From the NCBI GenBank assembly GCA_964388105.1, contig CAYLYQ010000008.1:1-56728 (forward strand): 56,728 bases of DNA, written 5' to 3'. Every line of letters begins with the position of its first letter. Positions within the stretch are counted from its first letter, which is position 1. Source of the DNA: an uncultured Acidimicrobiaceae bacterium (GTDB lineage: Bacteria; Actinomycetota; Acidimicrobiia; Spongiisociales; ZC4RG35). Shown here in pieces: positions 1 to 9,077 of the stretch. The position numbers were made by a program, and so were the translations under genes. A model generated the notes under the pieces. The model was not told the origin of the DNA. It saw nothing but the letters and a program-made list of their open reading frames with translations, and made no database searches.

Positions 1-206
1 CGATCCGAATCGGGGTTGCCGCAGTCCGTCTGCTCCCAGAGCCGAAGCATCCGCTCCTGCCGTGGCACCGAGCCGAAAGACTCCCTCGGTGCCAGCTTGT
101 ATCGCTGGCATTGGCACACGTGTCCGTTGCCCCGGTCGCCGAAGACGAGTTGGAGGTCCTCACACGAGGCCTCGTTGGCCGGGACGATCCTCAGTTCGTC
201 GGTCAA
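1..206 (-). CDS. possible GNAT-type acetyltransferase, first 68 codons only (gene runs off left edge)
   Basis: Not in the ORF track. Hand translation of the minus strand from TTG at 206 gives (M)TDELRIVPANEASCEDLQLVFGDRGNGHVCQCQRYKLAPRESFGSVPRQERMLRLWEQTDCGNPDSD, open to the window edge. The TTG overlaps the TGA of the upstream gene (TTGA). The family call is only a recalled N-terminal resemblance. Confidence 0.4.
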   Translation of the reverse strand, partial: MTDELRIVPANEASCEDLQLVFGDRGNGHVCQCQRYKLAPRESFGSVPRQERMLRLWEQTDCGNPDSD

Positions 207-1102
207 TCGACACCCGCCCAACGGAGGACTCGCATGGCTCGCAGAGTGTTCCATGGGCTGGCGCTGTCGTCGTCCTGGAATCGGAGGTTGAACTCACCCT
301 CGTCCGGGTTCTCCACGGCCCAACGCCCGTCGGTCCCGCGTTTCGACGCCACCAGTTCCACGGCCTCGTCGATCCTGGGGTCGGGTGCCGACCCGGAAGA
401 CCGGAGGTGGTCGAGTCCCCGAAGCACGTCGTACTCGTACCGATTGGGGTAGGCGAAGCGGAGCCAGGCCTGTTCTGGAACTTCGCCGGTGGAGAGGCGC
501 CGCATCATGCCGCGGGCGAGCAGGTACTCCTCACCCCGGGCGCGAGCCGCCGCGACCTCGGAGCCGCCGTGAGCCCGCTGATACTCGAGCAGGCCTTCGA
601 GGACGCAGATCGTGGAGCCGAATGCCCCGCGCGTCGACCCGTTCTCCTGCTCACAGTTCCAGCCGCCGTCTGCCATCTGCTCGCCGAGAAGTCGGTCGAC
701 GATCCCGGACACGTCCTTACCGAAGTAGGCGCCGATGGCGACCGCCATGCCGTTGATGCATGGCTCGACTTCGCCGTCGAAGAAGCGCTCCCCTTGGTGC
801 TCCCACCGGCTGTTCGCCTCGACGAGGTCGACGGCGCGCGTCGCCTCCGGGCTCTGGGGGTCGAGGCCGAGGTCCCGCAGGAGGCTCAGGGTCCAGGAGG
901 TTGACGTGAACAGCGGGAAGTAGGTGCCCCCGCCCCACTGCCCGTCGTGGTCCTGGAGGGCGAGAAGCTCCGCACCCCAGCCTTCGGTCGCCACCCGGGT
1001 GCGCTCGGCACTCCACATGGGCTCCGCCTCGTCACCCAGGTCGCGCATCACCTGCCAACGGATCGACGGATCCGATTCGAGCAGCCATTCCATGGTCTCC
1101 AT
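203..1102 (-). CDS. prenyltransferase / squalene-cyclase-repeat (terpenoid cyclase fold) protein
   Basis: Repeated QW-like motifs DGQWGGG, DGGWNCE, DGRWAVE. The start is trimmed to ATG 1102, preceded by GGAAGGAGG with a 6-nt spacer. The 83-aa upstream extension in the track is Arg/Pro-rich junk. Confidence 0.75.
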   Translation of the reverse strand: METMEWLLESDPSIRWQVMRDLGDEAEPMWSAERTRVATEGWGAELLALQDHDGQWGGGTYFPLFTSTSWTLSLLRDLGLDPQSPEATRAVDLVEANSRWEHQGERFFDGEVEPCINGMAVAIGAYFGKDVSGIVDRLLGEQMADGGWNCEQENGSTRGAFGSTICVLEGLLEYQRAHGGSEVAAARARGEEYLLARGMMRRLSTGEVPEQAWLRFAYPNRYEYDVLRGLDHLRSSGSAPDPRIDEAVELVASKRGTDGRWAVENPDEGEFNLRFQDDDSASPWNTLRAMRVLRWAGVD

Positions 1103-1154
1103 CGAGTACCTCCTTCCGGAGACTCTCCCTGGAGAACAGGACAGGAGTTGTCCG

Positions 1155-1655
1155 CTAGTTGCAGTTCTCCTGCACCCAGGACTCGATGTTCTCGGTCGCC
1201 GCGGTGAGGGCTTCCTCGTCCACGCTCTCCATGGCGGCCTGCAACGCCGCCAGTTGCTCGGGGGTGGGTGTTGCGCCTGGGGTGAAGTCGAACTCCTCCA
1301 TGGCCCGGTAGAAGTCTCCCAACTCCTCGGCCATGATCCGGAAGTCGTCACGGATCACCTCTGGAGCGGCCTCGGCCAGAGCATCGAGTTGTGCGGCGAC
1401 CATCCCGAAGTCGCTGGTGCCTCCCGTGAATGCCTGGCCGTAGTTCTCCATCGCCTCGGCCATCGCCTCGCTGGCCTGGAGGCACTCTGCAGAAGGCATG
1501 CCGTTGCCGTTGCCGGCCTCAGTGGTGGTGGCCTCGGGAGTCGTGGTCGTCGCCTGCGGCTGGGTCGTAGTCGTGTCGTCGGCTGATCCCCCGCCACATG
1601 CGGCGAGCAGGGCCAGAACGACGACCAGAGATGAGAATTTGCGACCCGTCTTCAC
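1155..1655 (-). CDS. secreted lipoprotein, unknown function
   Basis: GTG start at 1655. Signal peptide with lipobox LLAAC, Thr-rich linker, acidic helical C-terminal domain. Confidence 0.65.
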   Translation of the reverse strand: MKTGRKFSSLVVVLALLAACGGGSADDTTTTQPQATTTTPEATTTEAGNGNGMPSAECLQASEAMAEAMENYGQAFTGGTSDFGMVAAQLDALAEAAPEVIRDDFRIMAEELGDFYRAMEEFDFTPGATPTPEQLAALQAAMESVDEEALTAATENIESWVQENCN

Positions 1656-1707
1656 CGAAGACCCCCTTGTTGTGCGTGGCGCGGAGCGTATCACTCGCCT
1701 GGCCCAA

Positions 1708-2145
1708 CTATCTCGGCTCGATGACCACCAGCGGTATGCGCCGAACGGTCTTCTCCTGGTAGTCGTCGTACGCCGGCCAGATCCCGGCCATCTGCTCCCA
1801 GAGGAAGGGCCGTTCGTCGTCGGTGGCATCCCGCGCCATGGCCTCGAGGGTCTCGGCTCGGACCTGGATCCCGACCTCGGGGTTCGCCTTCAGGTTCAAG
1901 TACCACATGGGGTGTCTGGGGTGGCCTCCCTTGGATGCGACCACCACGAAGGCGTCTCCCATCCGGCCGTAGATGAGGGCCGACCGGCGCAGCTTGCCGG
2001 TCTTCCTGCCCCGCGTGATCAGCAACAGGGTCGGGACGCCGTCCCGCCACATGTGGCCCTTTTCGCCCCCGCTCTCCACGTACTCCTGGATGTGGTCGGC
2101 CACCCAGCCCGACGGCGAGTCGTAGATCTTCTCCTGCTCCAACAT
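1708..2145 (-). CDS. deazaflavin (F420)-dependent nitroreductase-family oxidoreductase
   Basis: Typical DDN-family pattern: LLLITRGRKTGKLRRSALIYG...VVVASKGG..HPMWYLNLKANPEV. Confidence 0.8.
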   Translation of the reverse strand: MLEQEKIYDSPSGWVADHIQEYVESGGEKGHMWRDGVPTLLLITRGRKTGKLRRSALIYGRMGDAFVVVASKGGHPRHPMWYLNLKANPEVGIQVRAETLEAMARDATDDERPFLWEQMAGIWPAYDDYQEKTVRRIPLVVIEPR

Positions 2146-2189
2146 GACCGTGAGACCCTAGGAGGAGTCCGGAGCCAACCGGGAAGTGG

Positions 2190-2621
2190 TCAGCCGGTGG
2201 GCGTCGCCGAGATGGCGTACGAGCCGGGTGGAAGCCCGTTGGTGCCGGTGATGGTGACGATGCTCCGACCGAACGGCCACAGGGCCAGACCGGTCATCTT
2301 GAGCACGGCCACCCCGAGGGGGATCCCGATGAGCGTGATGCACAGGAGCAGGCCGATGACGACGTGCAAGAGGGCCAGCCACCACCCGACCAGGATCACC
2401 CAGAGCAGATTCCCGATCGCCGAGACCGCGGCGTTTGCGCCCGGATCAGGGACCGCCGCCCGGCCGAACGGCCAGATGGCGAATCCGGCGAGCTTGAACA
2501 ACTGGACTCCGAACGGGATCCCGATCACCGTGAGGCAGAGGACGAAACCCGTCACGGCGTAGACCAAGGCCAGCTCGATGCCGGCGATCAGCAGCCAGAT
2601 GATGTTGAGGATCACCCTCAT
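2190..2621 (-). CDS. YccF-domain inner membrane protein
   Basis: Two internal repeats of the YccF signature (IGIPFGVQLFKLAGFAIWPFGR and IGIPLGVAVLKMTGLALWPFGR). Confidence 0.8.
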   Translation of the reverse strand: MRVILNIIWLLIAGIELALVYAVTGFVLCLTVIGIPFGVQLFKLAGFAIWPFGRAAVPDPGANAAVSAIGNLLWVILVGWWLALLHVVIGLLLCITLIGIPLGVAVLKMTGLALWPFGRSIVTITGTNGLPPGSYAISATPTG

Positions 2622-2632
2622 CGAGGGTGAGG

Positions 2633-3376
2633 TTACAGGCGGCCGGCCTCGATTATCCGCTGCAGGAACTGTCGAGTTCGCGGGTGCTCCGGGTCGGAGA
2701 AGACCCGTGCCGGAGGTCCCTCCTCGAGGATGCGGGCCTGGTCGAGGAAGTACACCCGGTCGGCGACCTCACGGGCGAATCCCATCTCGTGGGTGACGAT
2801 GATCATCGTCATCCCCTCTTCCTTCAGCCCGCGGATCACAGACAAGACCCCTCCCACCAGCTCCGGGTCCAAGGCGGCGGTGATCTCGTCGAGAAGGAGG
2901 ACCTCGGGGTCGTTGACCAACGCCCGGACGATGGCGACGCGCTGCTGCTGGCCCGACGACAGCTTGTCCGGGTAGGACTCGGCGAGGTCGGCGATCCCCA
3001 GTGTGGCCAGCACCTCTCGCGCCCGTGACTCTGCCTCGTCGCGATCGAGGCCGTGCACCTTGCGCGGCGCCAGGGTGACGTTGTCCAGCACGGTCAGGTG
3101 CGGGAACAGGTTGTACGACTGGAACACGATCCCCACGCGCTTCGGGATCTCGTTTCCCCCCAACGCCGGGTCCTCGATCGACACGCCGTCGAGGAGGATC
3201 TTCCCGTAGTCGAAGGGGACCAGACGGTTGATGCAGCGGAGCACGGTTGACTTGCCCGATCCTGACGGTCCGATGAGCACGACCACCTCGTGCTCGTCCA
3301 CACCCATGTTGATGCCGTGGAGGACGAGCTTGTCCCCGTAGTACTTGGTCAGGTCCTGGATCTCGACCCGGCGCAT
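2633..3376 (-). CDS. polar amino-acid ABC transporter ATP-binding protein
   Basis: Walker A GPSGSGKST, signature LSSGQQQRV, Walker B LLLDE. ATG at 3376 overlaps the permease stop (ATGA). The 262-aa N-terminal extension in the track is rejected. Confidence 0.9.
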   Translation of the reverse strand: MRRVEIQDLTKYYGDKLVLHGINMGVDEHEVVVLIGPSGSGKSTVLRCINRLVPFDYGKILLDGVSIEDPALGGNEIPKRVGIVFQSYNLFPHLTVLDNVTLAPRKVHGLDRDEAESRAREVLATLGIADLAESYPDKLSSGQQQRVAIVRALVNDPEVLLLDEITAALDPELVGGVLSVIRGLKEEGMTMIIVTHEMGFAREVADRVYFLDQARILEEGPPARVFSDPEHPRTRQFLQRIIEAGRL

Positions 3377-4233
3377 CACATCGTCCTCTGCAGTCGCCGT
3401 TCCTGGTCGCGACGGGTCACCCAGTCCGCGAGCCGGGCCATCGGGATGCTGGCGAGGAGGAACAGCAATGCGGCACCGATGAGGCTGGAGAAGTTGAAGG
3501 TCTCCGCGGTGTAGATGCGGGCCTCCCTGACCGCATCCCGGACTCCGATGATCGACAGCAGGGCCACGTCCTTCTGCAGGGCCACGGCGAGGTTGAGCAG
3601 GGCGGGAAACACGTTGCGCACCGCCTGCGGGAGGATGGCGTGGCGGAGGGTCTGCCACTGCGACAGCCCGAGTGCTTTGGCCGCGGCGCGCTGGGAGTCG
3701 TGTACCGCCTCGATGCCGGAGCGATACACCTCGGTGGTGTAGGCCACGTAGCTGGCGACGAGCGCCACGGTTCCCCAGAACAGGCTGCTGTTCGGCACCC
3801 CGGGCAACTGGAGAGCCGGGACCCCGAGCCCGAGGAGCAGGACGAGGAGGAGCGCGGGCAGCCCCCGGAGCAGGTCGATGTAGACCACGGTGAACACCCG
3901 GAAAGGGGCGAACAGCGGCCCCCGCAGCGATCGCAACGCGGCGAAGACGAGCGAGATCAGCATGATCAGGATCATGGAGATGACCCAGACGCGCATGTTG
4001 ACCCAGAACCCGCGCATGACCTGAGGGAACGACTCCCGGATGGCCTCGAGGGAGAAGAACTGCCGGCGGAGGGCGGGCCATTGTTCCGCCGAGGTGATCC
4101 ACCACGCGACGAGGCCGAACACGACTCCGGTGCTGACGACGCTCGTCAGCACCGGAGTCCAACGCTCTCTGGGCGTCACCCGCTGGCGAGCCGGCGGCGG
4201 TGGCGCCGGCACGCTGCGGTCAGGATCGGTCAT
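3376..4233 (-). CDS. amino-acid ABC transporter permease (HisM/GlnP type)
   Basis: Multi-TM protein with an EAA-like loop AAKALGLSQWQTLRHAILPQA. The start is taken as ATG 4233, which overlaps the SBP stop (ATGA); 4272 is an alternative. Confidence 0.85.
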   Translation of the reverse strand: MTDPDRSVPAPPPPARQRVTPRERWTPVLTSVVSTGVVFGLVAWWITSAEQWPALRRQFFSLEAIRESFPQVMRGFWVNMRVWVISMILIMLISLVFAALRSLRGPLFAPFRVFTVVYIDLLRGLPALLLVLLLGLGVPALQLPGVPNSSLFWGTVALVASYVAYTTEVYRSGIEAVHDSQRAAAKALGLSQWQTLRHAILPQAVRNVFPALLNLAVALQKDVALLSIIGVRDAVREARIYTAETFNFSSLIGAALLFLLASIPMARLADWVTRRDQERRLQRTM

Positions 4234-5078
4234 TCGGTCAGGCGCGGGATCTCGCCCCCATCGGCGAGCCACTCGGTCGCCAGCTCGTCGAGCGTGCCGG
4301 CTGAATCCAGGGCAGCGAGGGCGTCGTTGACGCAGGACACGAACCCGTTGCCCTTCTCGAACAGCATGCCCAGGCCGTCTTCCCCTTCCGAGTCGGGGAG
4401 GATCGCGGCGATGGTCGCGTCCGGGACCTGGACGGCCGTGGCAAACAGGGCGGTCGGAAGTCCCACGACGGTCGCGTCGATCTGCTTGCCCTCCATGGCG
4501 AGGAACACGTCGGCCAACTCGTCGAACACGTCGACGTCCGTGGCGCCGATCTTGTCCTCGATGTAGGCGAGGTCGGTCGTGCCGATCATCGCCCCGTAGT
4601 TGAGGCCCTGGATGTCGGCGAGGGTGGCGGGCTCGCCGTCGAGGCTGTCGGGGAACGCGACCAGCGCCTTCTCCTCCACGTAATAGGGGTCGGAGAAGTC
4701 GAACACTTCGGCCCTCTCGGGAGTGATCGAGAACTGCTGGATGTTGAAGTCGTAGGCCTTGTCGCCCGTGACGAGGGCCTCGTCGAAGGTGGTCCGGACC
4801 CAGACGACGTCCTCACGCGCGAAGCCGAGTTCCTCGGCCACGGCGTACACGATCGAGTTCTCGAACCCCTCGCCGCCGGCCGGGTCGTCGTCGAGCATCC
4901 ATGGCGGGAACACGACGTCGCCGGTGGCAACGGTCAGTTTGCCCGACTCGTGCAGAGCAGGGTGCTCCGGCCCGCAGTCGCCCCCGGCAGCGGTGGTGGT
5001 TGATCCGTCCGCTCCGTTGGTGCAGGCGGCCAGGGCCAAAGCACCGAGAGCGAGCAGGAAGGTGAGCCTCTTGAACAC
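4230..5078 (-). CDS. amino-acid ABC transporter substrate-binding lipoprotein
   Basis: GTG 5078 lies 6 nt after GGAGGAG. Lipobox LALAAC. Type 3 SBP-like sequence. The track's upstream extension runs antisense through tRNA-Ala. Confidence 0.85.
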   Translation of the reverse strand: MFKRLTFLLALGALALAACTNGADGSTTTAAGGDCGPEHPALHESGKLTVATGDVVFPPWMLDDDPAGGEGFENSIVYAVAEELGFAREDVVWVRTTFDEALVTGDKAYDFNIQQFSITPERAEVFDFSDPYYVEEKALVAFPDSLDGEPATLADIQGLNYGAMIGTTDLAYIEDKIGATDVDVFDELADVFLAMEGKQIDATVVGLPTALFATAVQVPDATIAAILPDSEGEDGLGMLFEKGNGFVSCVNDALAALDSAGTLDELATEWLADGGEIPRLTE

Positions 5079-5168
5079 TGGTGTCTCCTCCTTGAGAGGC
5101 GGGATGATATCCATGGCCGCGGAATGGCCGATGGGTGGTTTTCCCGCCCCGGTACCATTGAGGTGTCC

Positions 5169-5241
5169 GGGGACGTAGCTCAGCTGGAAGAGCACCGGCT
5201 TTGCAAGCCGGGGGTCGTGGGTTCGAGTCCCATCGTCTCCA
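5169..5241 (+). tRNA. tRNA-Ala (anticodon UGC)
   Basis: Cloverleaf folded by hand. Acceptor GGGGACG/CGTCTCC with G3:U70, anticodon stem ccggc/gccgg, loop ttTGCaa, T-loop GGTTCGAGTCC. CCA is not encoded. Confidence 0.9.
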
Positions 5242-5263
5242 CCGGCCGCGAAAGAGGAGTGAC

Positions 5264-6442
5264 ATGCGCAACGCCGTGATCGTGGACGCCGTCCGGACCC
5301 CTGTGGGTCGGCGCAACGGGGTGCTCAGGGACATCCACGCCGTCGACCTCGCCGCCATCCCCCTTCAAGCCATCGTCGAGCGCAACGACCTCGATCCGGG
5401 CCTCGTCGACGACGTGATCATGGGAAACGTGGGCCAGGTCGGCGAGCAGGCCTACAACGTCGGCCGCAACGCGCTGCTGGCGGCCGGATTCCCCGAATCG
5501 GTACCTGGTGTCACCATCGACCGTCAGTGCGGCTCTTCCCAACAGGCGGTCCACTTCGCCGCCCAGGCCGTGATGTCGGGGGTCCAGGACATCGTCGTCG
5601 CCGCCGGTGTGGAGTCGATGACTCGGGTTCCGATGGGCTCGTCGGTCCAGAACGGCCCTGGCCTCCCATTCGGCACTCGCATGATGGAGCGCTACGCCAA
5701 CGGCCTCGTCCCCCAGGGGATCTCTGCCGAGATGATCGCGGAGAAGTGGGGCATCTCGAGGGAGGAGATGGACCAGATCTCGCTCGATTCGCACCAGCGG
5801 GCGGCGCGAGCCACCGAGGAGGGGCGATTCGAGACCCAGATCGTGCCCGTGGAGGTCACCGATGAAGCTGGGAAGACCAGGCTCGTCACCCGCGACGAGG
5901 GCATCCGGCCGGACACGAGTATCGAGAAGCTGGCTTCGCTGCAGCCCGCGTTCCAGGTCGACGGCAAGGTCACCGCCGGCAACTCTTCCCAGATCTCCGA
6001 CGGCGCTGCCGCCATCCTGGTGATGGGCGAGGATGTGGCCGAACGCCTCGGCTACCGGCCGCGGGCGGTGGTCCGGACCATGACCATGGCAGGCGTCGAT
6101 CCCGTGATCATGCTCACCGGCCCGATCCCGGCGACGGAGAAGGCTTTGGTGCGATCAGGCCTGTCCATCGACGACATCGACCTGTTCGAGGTCAACGAGG
6201 CGTTCGCCTCGGTGATCGCCGCCTGGCGGATGGAGTACGGCGGCACGGACCCGATGGCCCTGTGGGAGCGCACCAACGTCAACGGGGGAGCGATCGCCCT
6301 CGGCCACCCGCTCGGTGGCTCGGGCGCGAGGGTGATGACGACCTTGCTCCATGAACTGGAGCGGACCGGCGGCCGGTACGGGCTGCAGACCATGTGTGAG
6401 GGCGGTGGCATGGCCAACGCCACGATCTTGGAGCGTCTTTGA
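5264..6442 (+). CDS. acetyl-CoA C-acyltransferase (thiolase)
   Basis: Active-site context DRQCGSSQQA. C-terminal NVNGGAIALGHPLG and CEGGGMANA motifs. ATG 5264 lies after AGAGGAG. Confidence 0.9.
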   Translation: MRNAVIVDAVRTPVGRRNGVLRDIHAVDLAAIPLQAIVERNDLDPGLVDDVIMGNVGQVGEQAYNVGRNALLAAGFPESVPGVTIDRQCGSSQQAVHFAAQAVMSGVQDIVVAAGVESMTRVPMGSSVQNGPGLPFGTRMMERYANGLVPQGISAEMIAEKWGISREEMDQISLDSHQRAARATEEGRFETQIVPVEVTDEAGKTRLVTRDEGIRPDTSIEKLASLQPAFQVDGKVTAGNSSQISDGAAAILVMGEDVAERLGYRPRAVVRTMTMAGVDPVIMLTGPIPATEKALVRSGLSIDDIDLFEVNEAFASVIAAWRMEYGGTDPMALWERTNVNGGAIALGHPLGGSGARVMTTLLHELERTGGRYGLQTMCEGGGMANATILERL

Positions 6443-6518
6443 CCTTCTGGCTCGCTTCGCTCGCGCCCCCTCACCCCTTCGGGGCACTCCCCCATGCTTA
6501 CGCACGGGGGAGAAATCT

Positions 6519-6773
6519 ATGATGACCTTTCCGGAGGTTCTGGTTGCGCTGGGGATCGGTGCCGTTGTCTGGGTCGTGTCCGTGGCCTTGATCCGGATGC
6601 TCTCCACCAAGCCGCCTGAGATCGACCCTTCGGACGTGGTCGTCGCCGATCAGGACTACCGCTGCACGGTCTGCGGTGCCGAGCTCACCATGAGGATGGT
6701 CAATGTGGCCGAGGACAAGGCGCCCAAGCACTGCCGGGAGGAGATGGTCCCGGTCTGGCGACCGCAGGGCTAA
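6519..6773 (+). CDS. small membrane-anchored protein with CxxC...HC zinc-ribbon-like tail
   Basis: ATG 6519 lies after GGGGGAG. One N-terminal TM helix, then YRCTVCGAEL...PKHCREE. The upstream part of the track ORF overlaps the thiolase. Confidence 0.55.
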   Translation: MMTFPEVLVALGIGAVVWVVSVALIRMLSTKPPEIDPSDVVVADQDYRCTVCGAELTMRMVNVAEDKAPKHCREEMVPVWRPQG

Positions 6774-6834
6774 TCACACCTGTGTAGTTATCCACTGACT
6801 TGCCCACAGGCTGTCGATAAATCACACCCGTGTA
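6772..6834. promoter_or_regulatory. two 15-nt direct repeats (AATCACACC[T/C]GTGTA) plus a third related palindrome, upstream of crgA
   Basis: Repeats at 6772-6786 and 6820-6834 match at 14 of 15 positions. Each contains ACAC-NN-GTGT. ACAG-G-CTGT sits at 6806-6814. The stretch is locally AT-rich. A possible TGACTT-N16-TAAATC promoter lies at 6796-6823. Confidence 0.35.
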
Positions 6835-6879
6835 AGTCATTTCCCTCGGCTGGAGGCGTTTCGCTAGCCTCGGCAACGC

Positions 6880-7116
6880 ATGCCTGAGTCGAAGCGTCGC
6901 AAGCCGAAGAGCCGGCCGATGTCACCGGCCGCCGAGGCGGCAGCCAAGGCCAAAGAACCAAGCCCCACCTGGTATGTCGCGGTCATGGCAGGCCTGATGG
7001 TGCTCGGGGTGATCCTCGTGCTGGTTCGGTTCGTGTTTCAGCTCGACCAGCTGGTCATGTTCGGCGGGCTGGTGGCGATCGCCATCGGCTTCGCCATGAC
7101 CACCAACTACCGCTGA
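6880..7116 (+). CDS. crgA: cell division protein CrgA
   Basis: 78 aa, basic N-terminus MPESKRRKPKSR, two TM helices, and the conserved position next to pknB. Confidence 0.85.
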   Translation: MPESKRRKPKSRPMSPAAEAAAKAKEPSPTWYVAVMAGLMVLGVILVLVRFVFQLDQLVMFGGLVAIAIGFAMTTNYR

Positions 7117-7118
7117 CG

Positions 7119-9041
7119 CTACGGCGCCGGGATGGTCGTGGTCGTCGGCGGGATGGTCGTGGTCGACGGCGGCGCCTGATACTGGCCCAGGGTGATCGTC
7201 ACGGTGCTTCCCTTGTTCACGGTCAGCCCCGCAGTCGGAACCTGATTGACCACGACGCCGTCCTGAGCAGGATCAACCACGGGCTGGCGGGCGGCCGAGA
7301 CGTTGAGGCTCAACCCCAGCGCTTCGACTGCCTGTCTCGCCTGGTTCTCGGTCATGCCGAGGAGGTTGGGCACCTGCACGGGCGCCGGGCCCTGCGAGAC
7401 CACGACCAGAACCGTGTCGCCGATCACTCCCTCGGTCCCCGCGACGGGGTCGGTGCGAATGACGAGCCCCTCGGCCACCGTCTCCGAGTACTCGTCCTGC
7501 GGCCTGACCAGCAGACCCAGGCTGTTCAGCTCGGCGGTGGCATCACGCTCCGAGTCGCCGACCACGTCGGGAATCACCACGGTCTCGGGGCCGCTGGAGA
7601 CCACGAGGTTGATGGGTGCCCCGCTCCCGACCCGAACCCCGGCCGGGGGGTTCTGCTCCAAAACCACACCAGGCTGGAAATCGGCGTCGGGCCGATCGGT
7701 CACCTGCCCCTCGGTGAGCCCGGCGGCTTCGATCATCTGCCGCGCCGTCTCCAGAGGTTGTCCGACAACGGGTGGCACCGGTACTTCCGCAGGACCGGAG
7801 GACACGTAGACGGTGACGATCGAGCCGACCTCCGCCGGCTCCTCGGCGGCGGGGTCGGTGCGGATGACGATTCCCGCCTCGATCTCGTCGTTGGTCTCGG
7901 GGACCAGGTTGCCGACGAGATCTTCGGCTCGCAGAGCCTGCAAGGCGGCCTCCTGGGTCATCCCGGTCAGGTCCGGGACCGGAACCGTGTCCTCTCCGGA
8001 ACCGCCGGTCGCCTGGAAGAGGATGAAGAGCAGGATCCCCAGCGCGGCCAGGAGGCCGAAGGCGGTGATGATGAAGGGGAGCTGGGAGGGGGGCTCCTCC
8101 TCGATCTGCCGGTAGACCTCGTCGGGAAGCGCCGTCGGCGGCGGGACAGTGGGCAGCACCTTGGTGCGGTCTTCTCCGCCCACCACCGCCGGGACCAAGA
8201 CCTCGGCTTCGACCGGCTCGCCCTTGAGCAGGGCGAGCAGGTCCTGTCGCATCTCCTCCGCCGACTGATAACGGGCCGAAGGGTCTTTGCGCAGGGCCTT
8301 CATCACCACCGTGTCCAGGTCTGGCCCAACATCGGGATTGAGCGACGACGGCACCGGCGCCTCGGCGGACACGTGCTGGAAGGCGACTGACATCGGGCTG
8401 TCACCCAGGAATGGCGGCCGGCCGGTGAGCATCTCGTAGAGGACCACGCCGAGCGCGTACACGTCGCTGCGCCCGTCGGCAGGGGCTCCCTGGGCCTGCT
8501 CCGGGCTGAAGTAGGTGGCGGTGCCGATCACCGCTCCGGTGCGGGTGAGCTCCTGGCTGTCGTCCCAAGCCCGGGCGATCCCGAAGTCGGTCACCTTCAC
8601 CGTCCCGTCGCGAGCGAGGAGGATGTTTCCGGGCTTGACATCGCGGTGGACCAACCCGGCACGATGGGCCACCGAGAGAGCTGCGGCGGTCTCGGAGGCG
8701 ATCTCGATGGCGCGCCGGGGGAGGAGGGCACCCTCCGACTTGAGGACGTCGCGCAGCGATCGGCCCTCGACTATCTCCATGACGATGAAGTAGGTGTTCT
8801 GAGCTTGCCCCCAGTCGTAGATCCCGACGATGTTGGGGTGGCTGAGATTGGCGGCGGCCTGTGCCTCACGCCGGAAACGCTTCACGAACGCCTCGTCCGA
8901 CGAGTACTGGGAGTGGAGCACCTTGATGGCGACACGCCGGTTGAGAAGGGTGTCCTGTCCCTCGTAGACGTCCGCCATTCCCCCGCGGGCGAGGTGGGAC
9001 GTGATGTGGTAGCGCTCGGTCAGCGCCGTGGGGGTCTGCAT
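7119..9041 (-). CDS. pknB: Ser/Thr protein kinase with four PASTA domains
   Basis: Hanks kinase motifs (VAIK, HRDVKPGN, DFG, SPEQ), a single TM helix, and four PASTA repeats starting VPVPDLTG, VPVPPVVG, VVIPDVVG, VQVPNLLG. Confidence 0.95.
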   Translation of the reverse strand: MQTPTALTERYHITSHLARGGMADVYEGQDTLLNRRVAIKVLHSQYSSDEAFVKRFRREAQAAANLSHPNIVGIYDWGQAQNTYFIVMEIVEGRSLRDVLKSEGALLPRRAIEIASETAAALSVAHRAGLVHRDVKPGNILLARDGTVKVTDFGIARAWDDSQELTRTGAVIGTATYFSPEQAQGAPADGRSDVYALGVVLYEMLTGRPPFLGDSPMSVAFQHVSAEAPVPSSLNPDVGPDLDTVVMKALRKDPSARYQSAEEMRQDLLALLKGEPVEAEVLVPAVVGGEDRTKVLPTVPPPTALPDEVYRQIEEEPPSQLPFIITAFGLLAALGILLFILFQATGGSGEDTVPVPDLTGMTQEAALQALRAEDLVGNLVPETNDEIEAGIVIRTDPAAEEPAEVGSIVTVYVSSGPAEVPVPPVVGQPLETARQMIEAAGLTEGQVTDRPDADFQPGVVLEQNPPAGVRVGSGAPINLVVSSGPETVVIPDVVGDSERDATAELNSLGLLVRPQDEYSETVAEGLVIRTDPVAGTEGVIGDTVLVVVSQGPAPVQVPNLLGMTENQARQAVEALGLSLNVSAARQPVVDPAQDGVVVNQVPTAGLTVNKGSTVTITLGQYQAPPSTTTIPPTTTTIPAP

Positions 9042-9077
9042 GCGGTCAGGCGATTGTAGGAAGTGTGACGTTTCAAC

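Noticed and set aside
3377-4162. 262-aa N-terminal extension of the ABC ATPase ORF
   Set aside because: It overlaps the permease gene in another frame. The ATPase homology begins at MRRVEIQDL, where its ATG overlaps the permease stop (ATGA).
6788-6795. DnaA-box-like TTATCCAC near crgA, considered as a hint of oriC
   Set aside because: It is a single 8-mer with no box cluster, no AT-rich unwinding element, and no dnaA or dnaN nearby.
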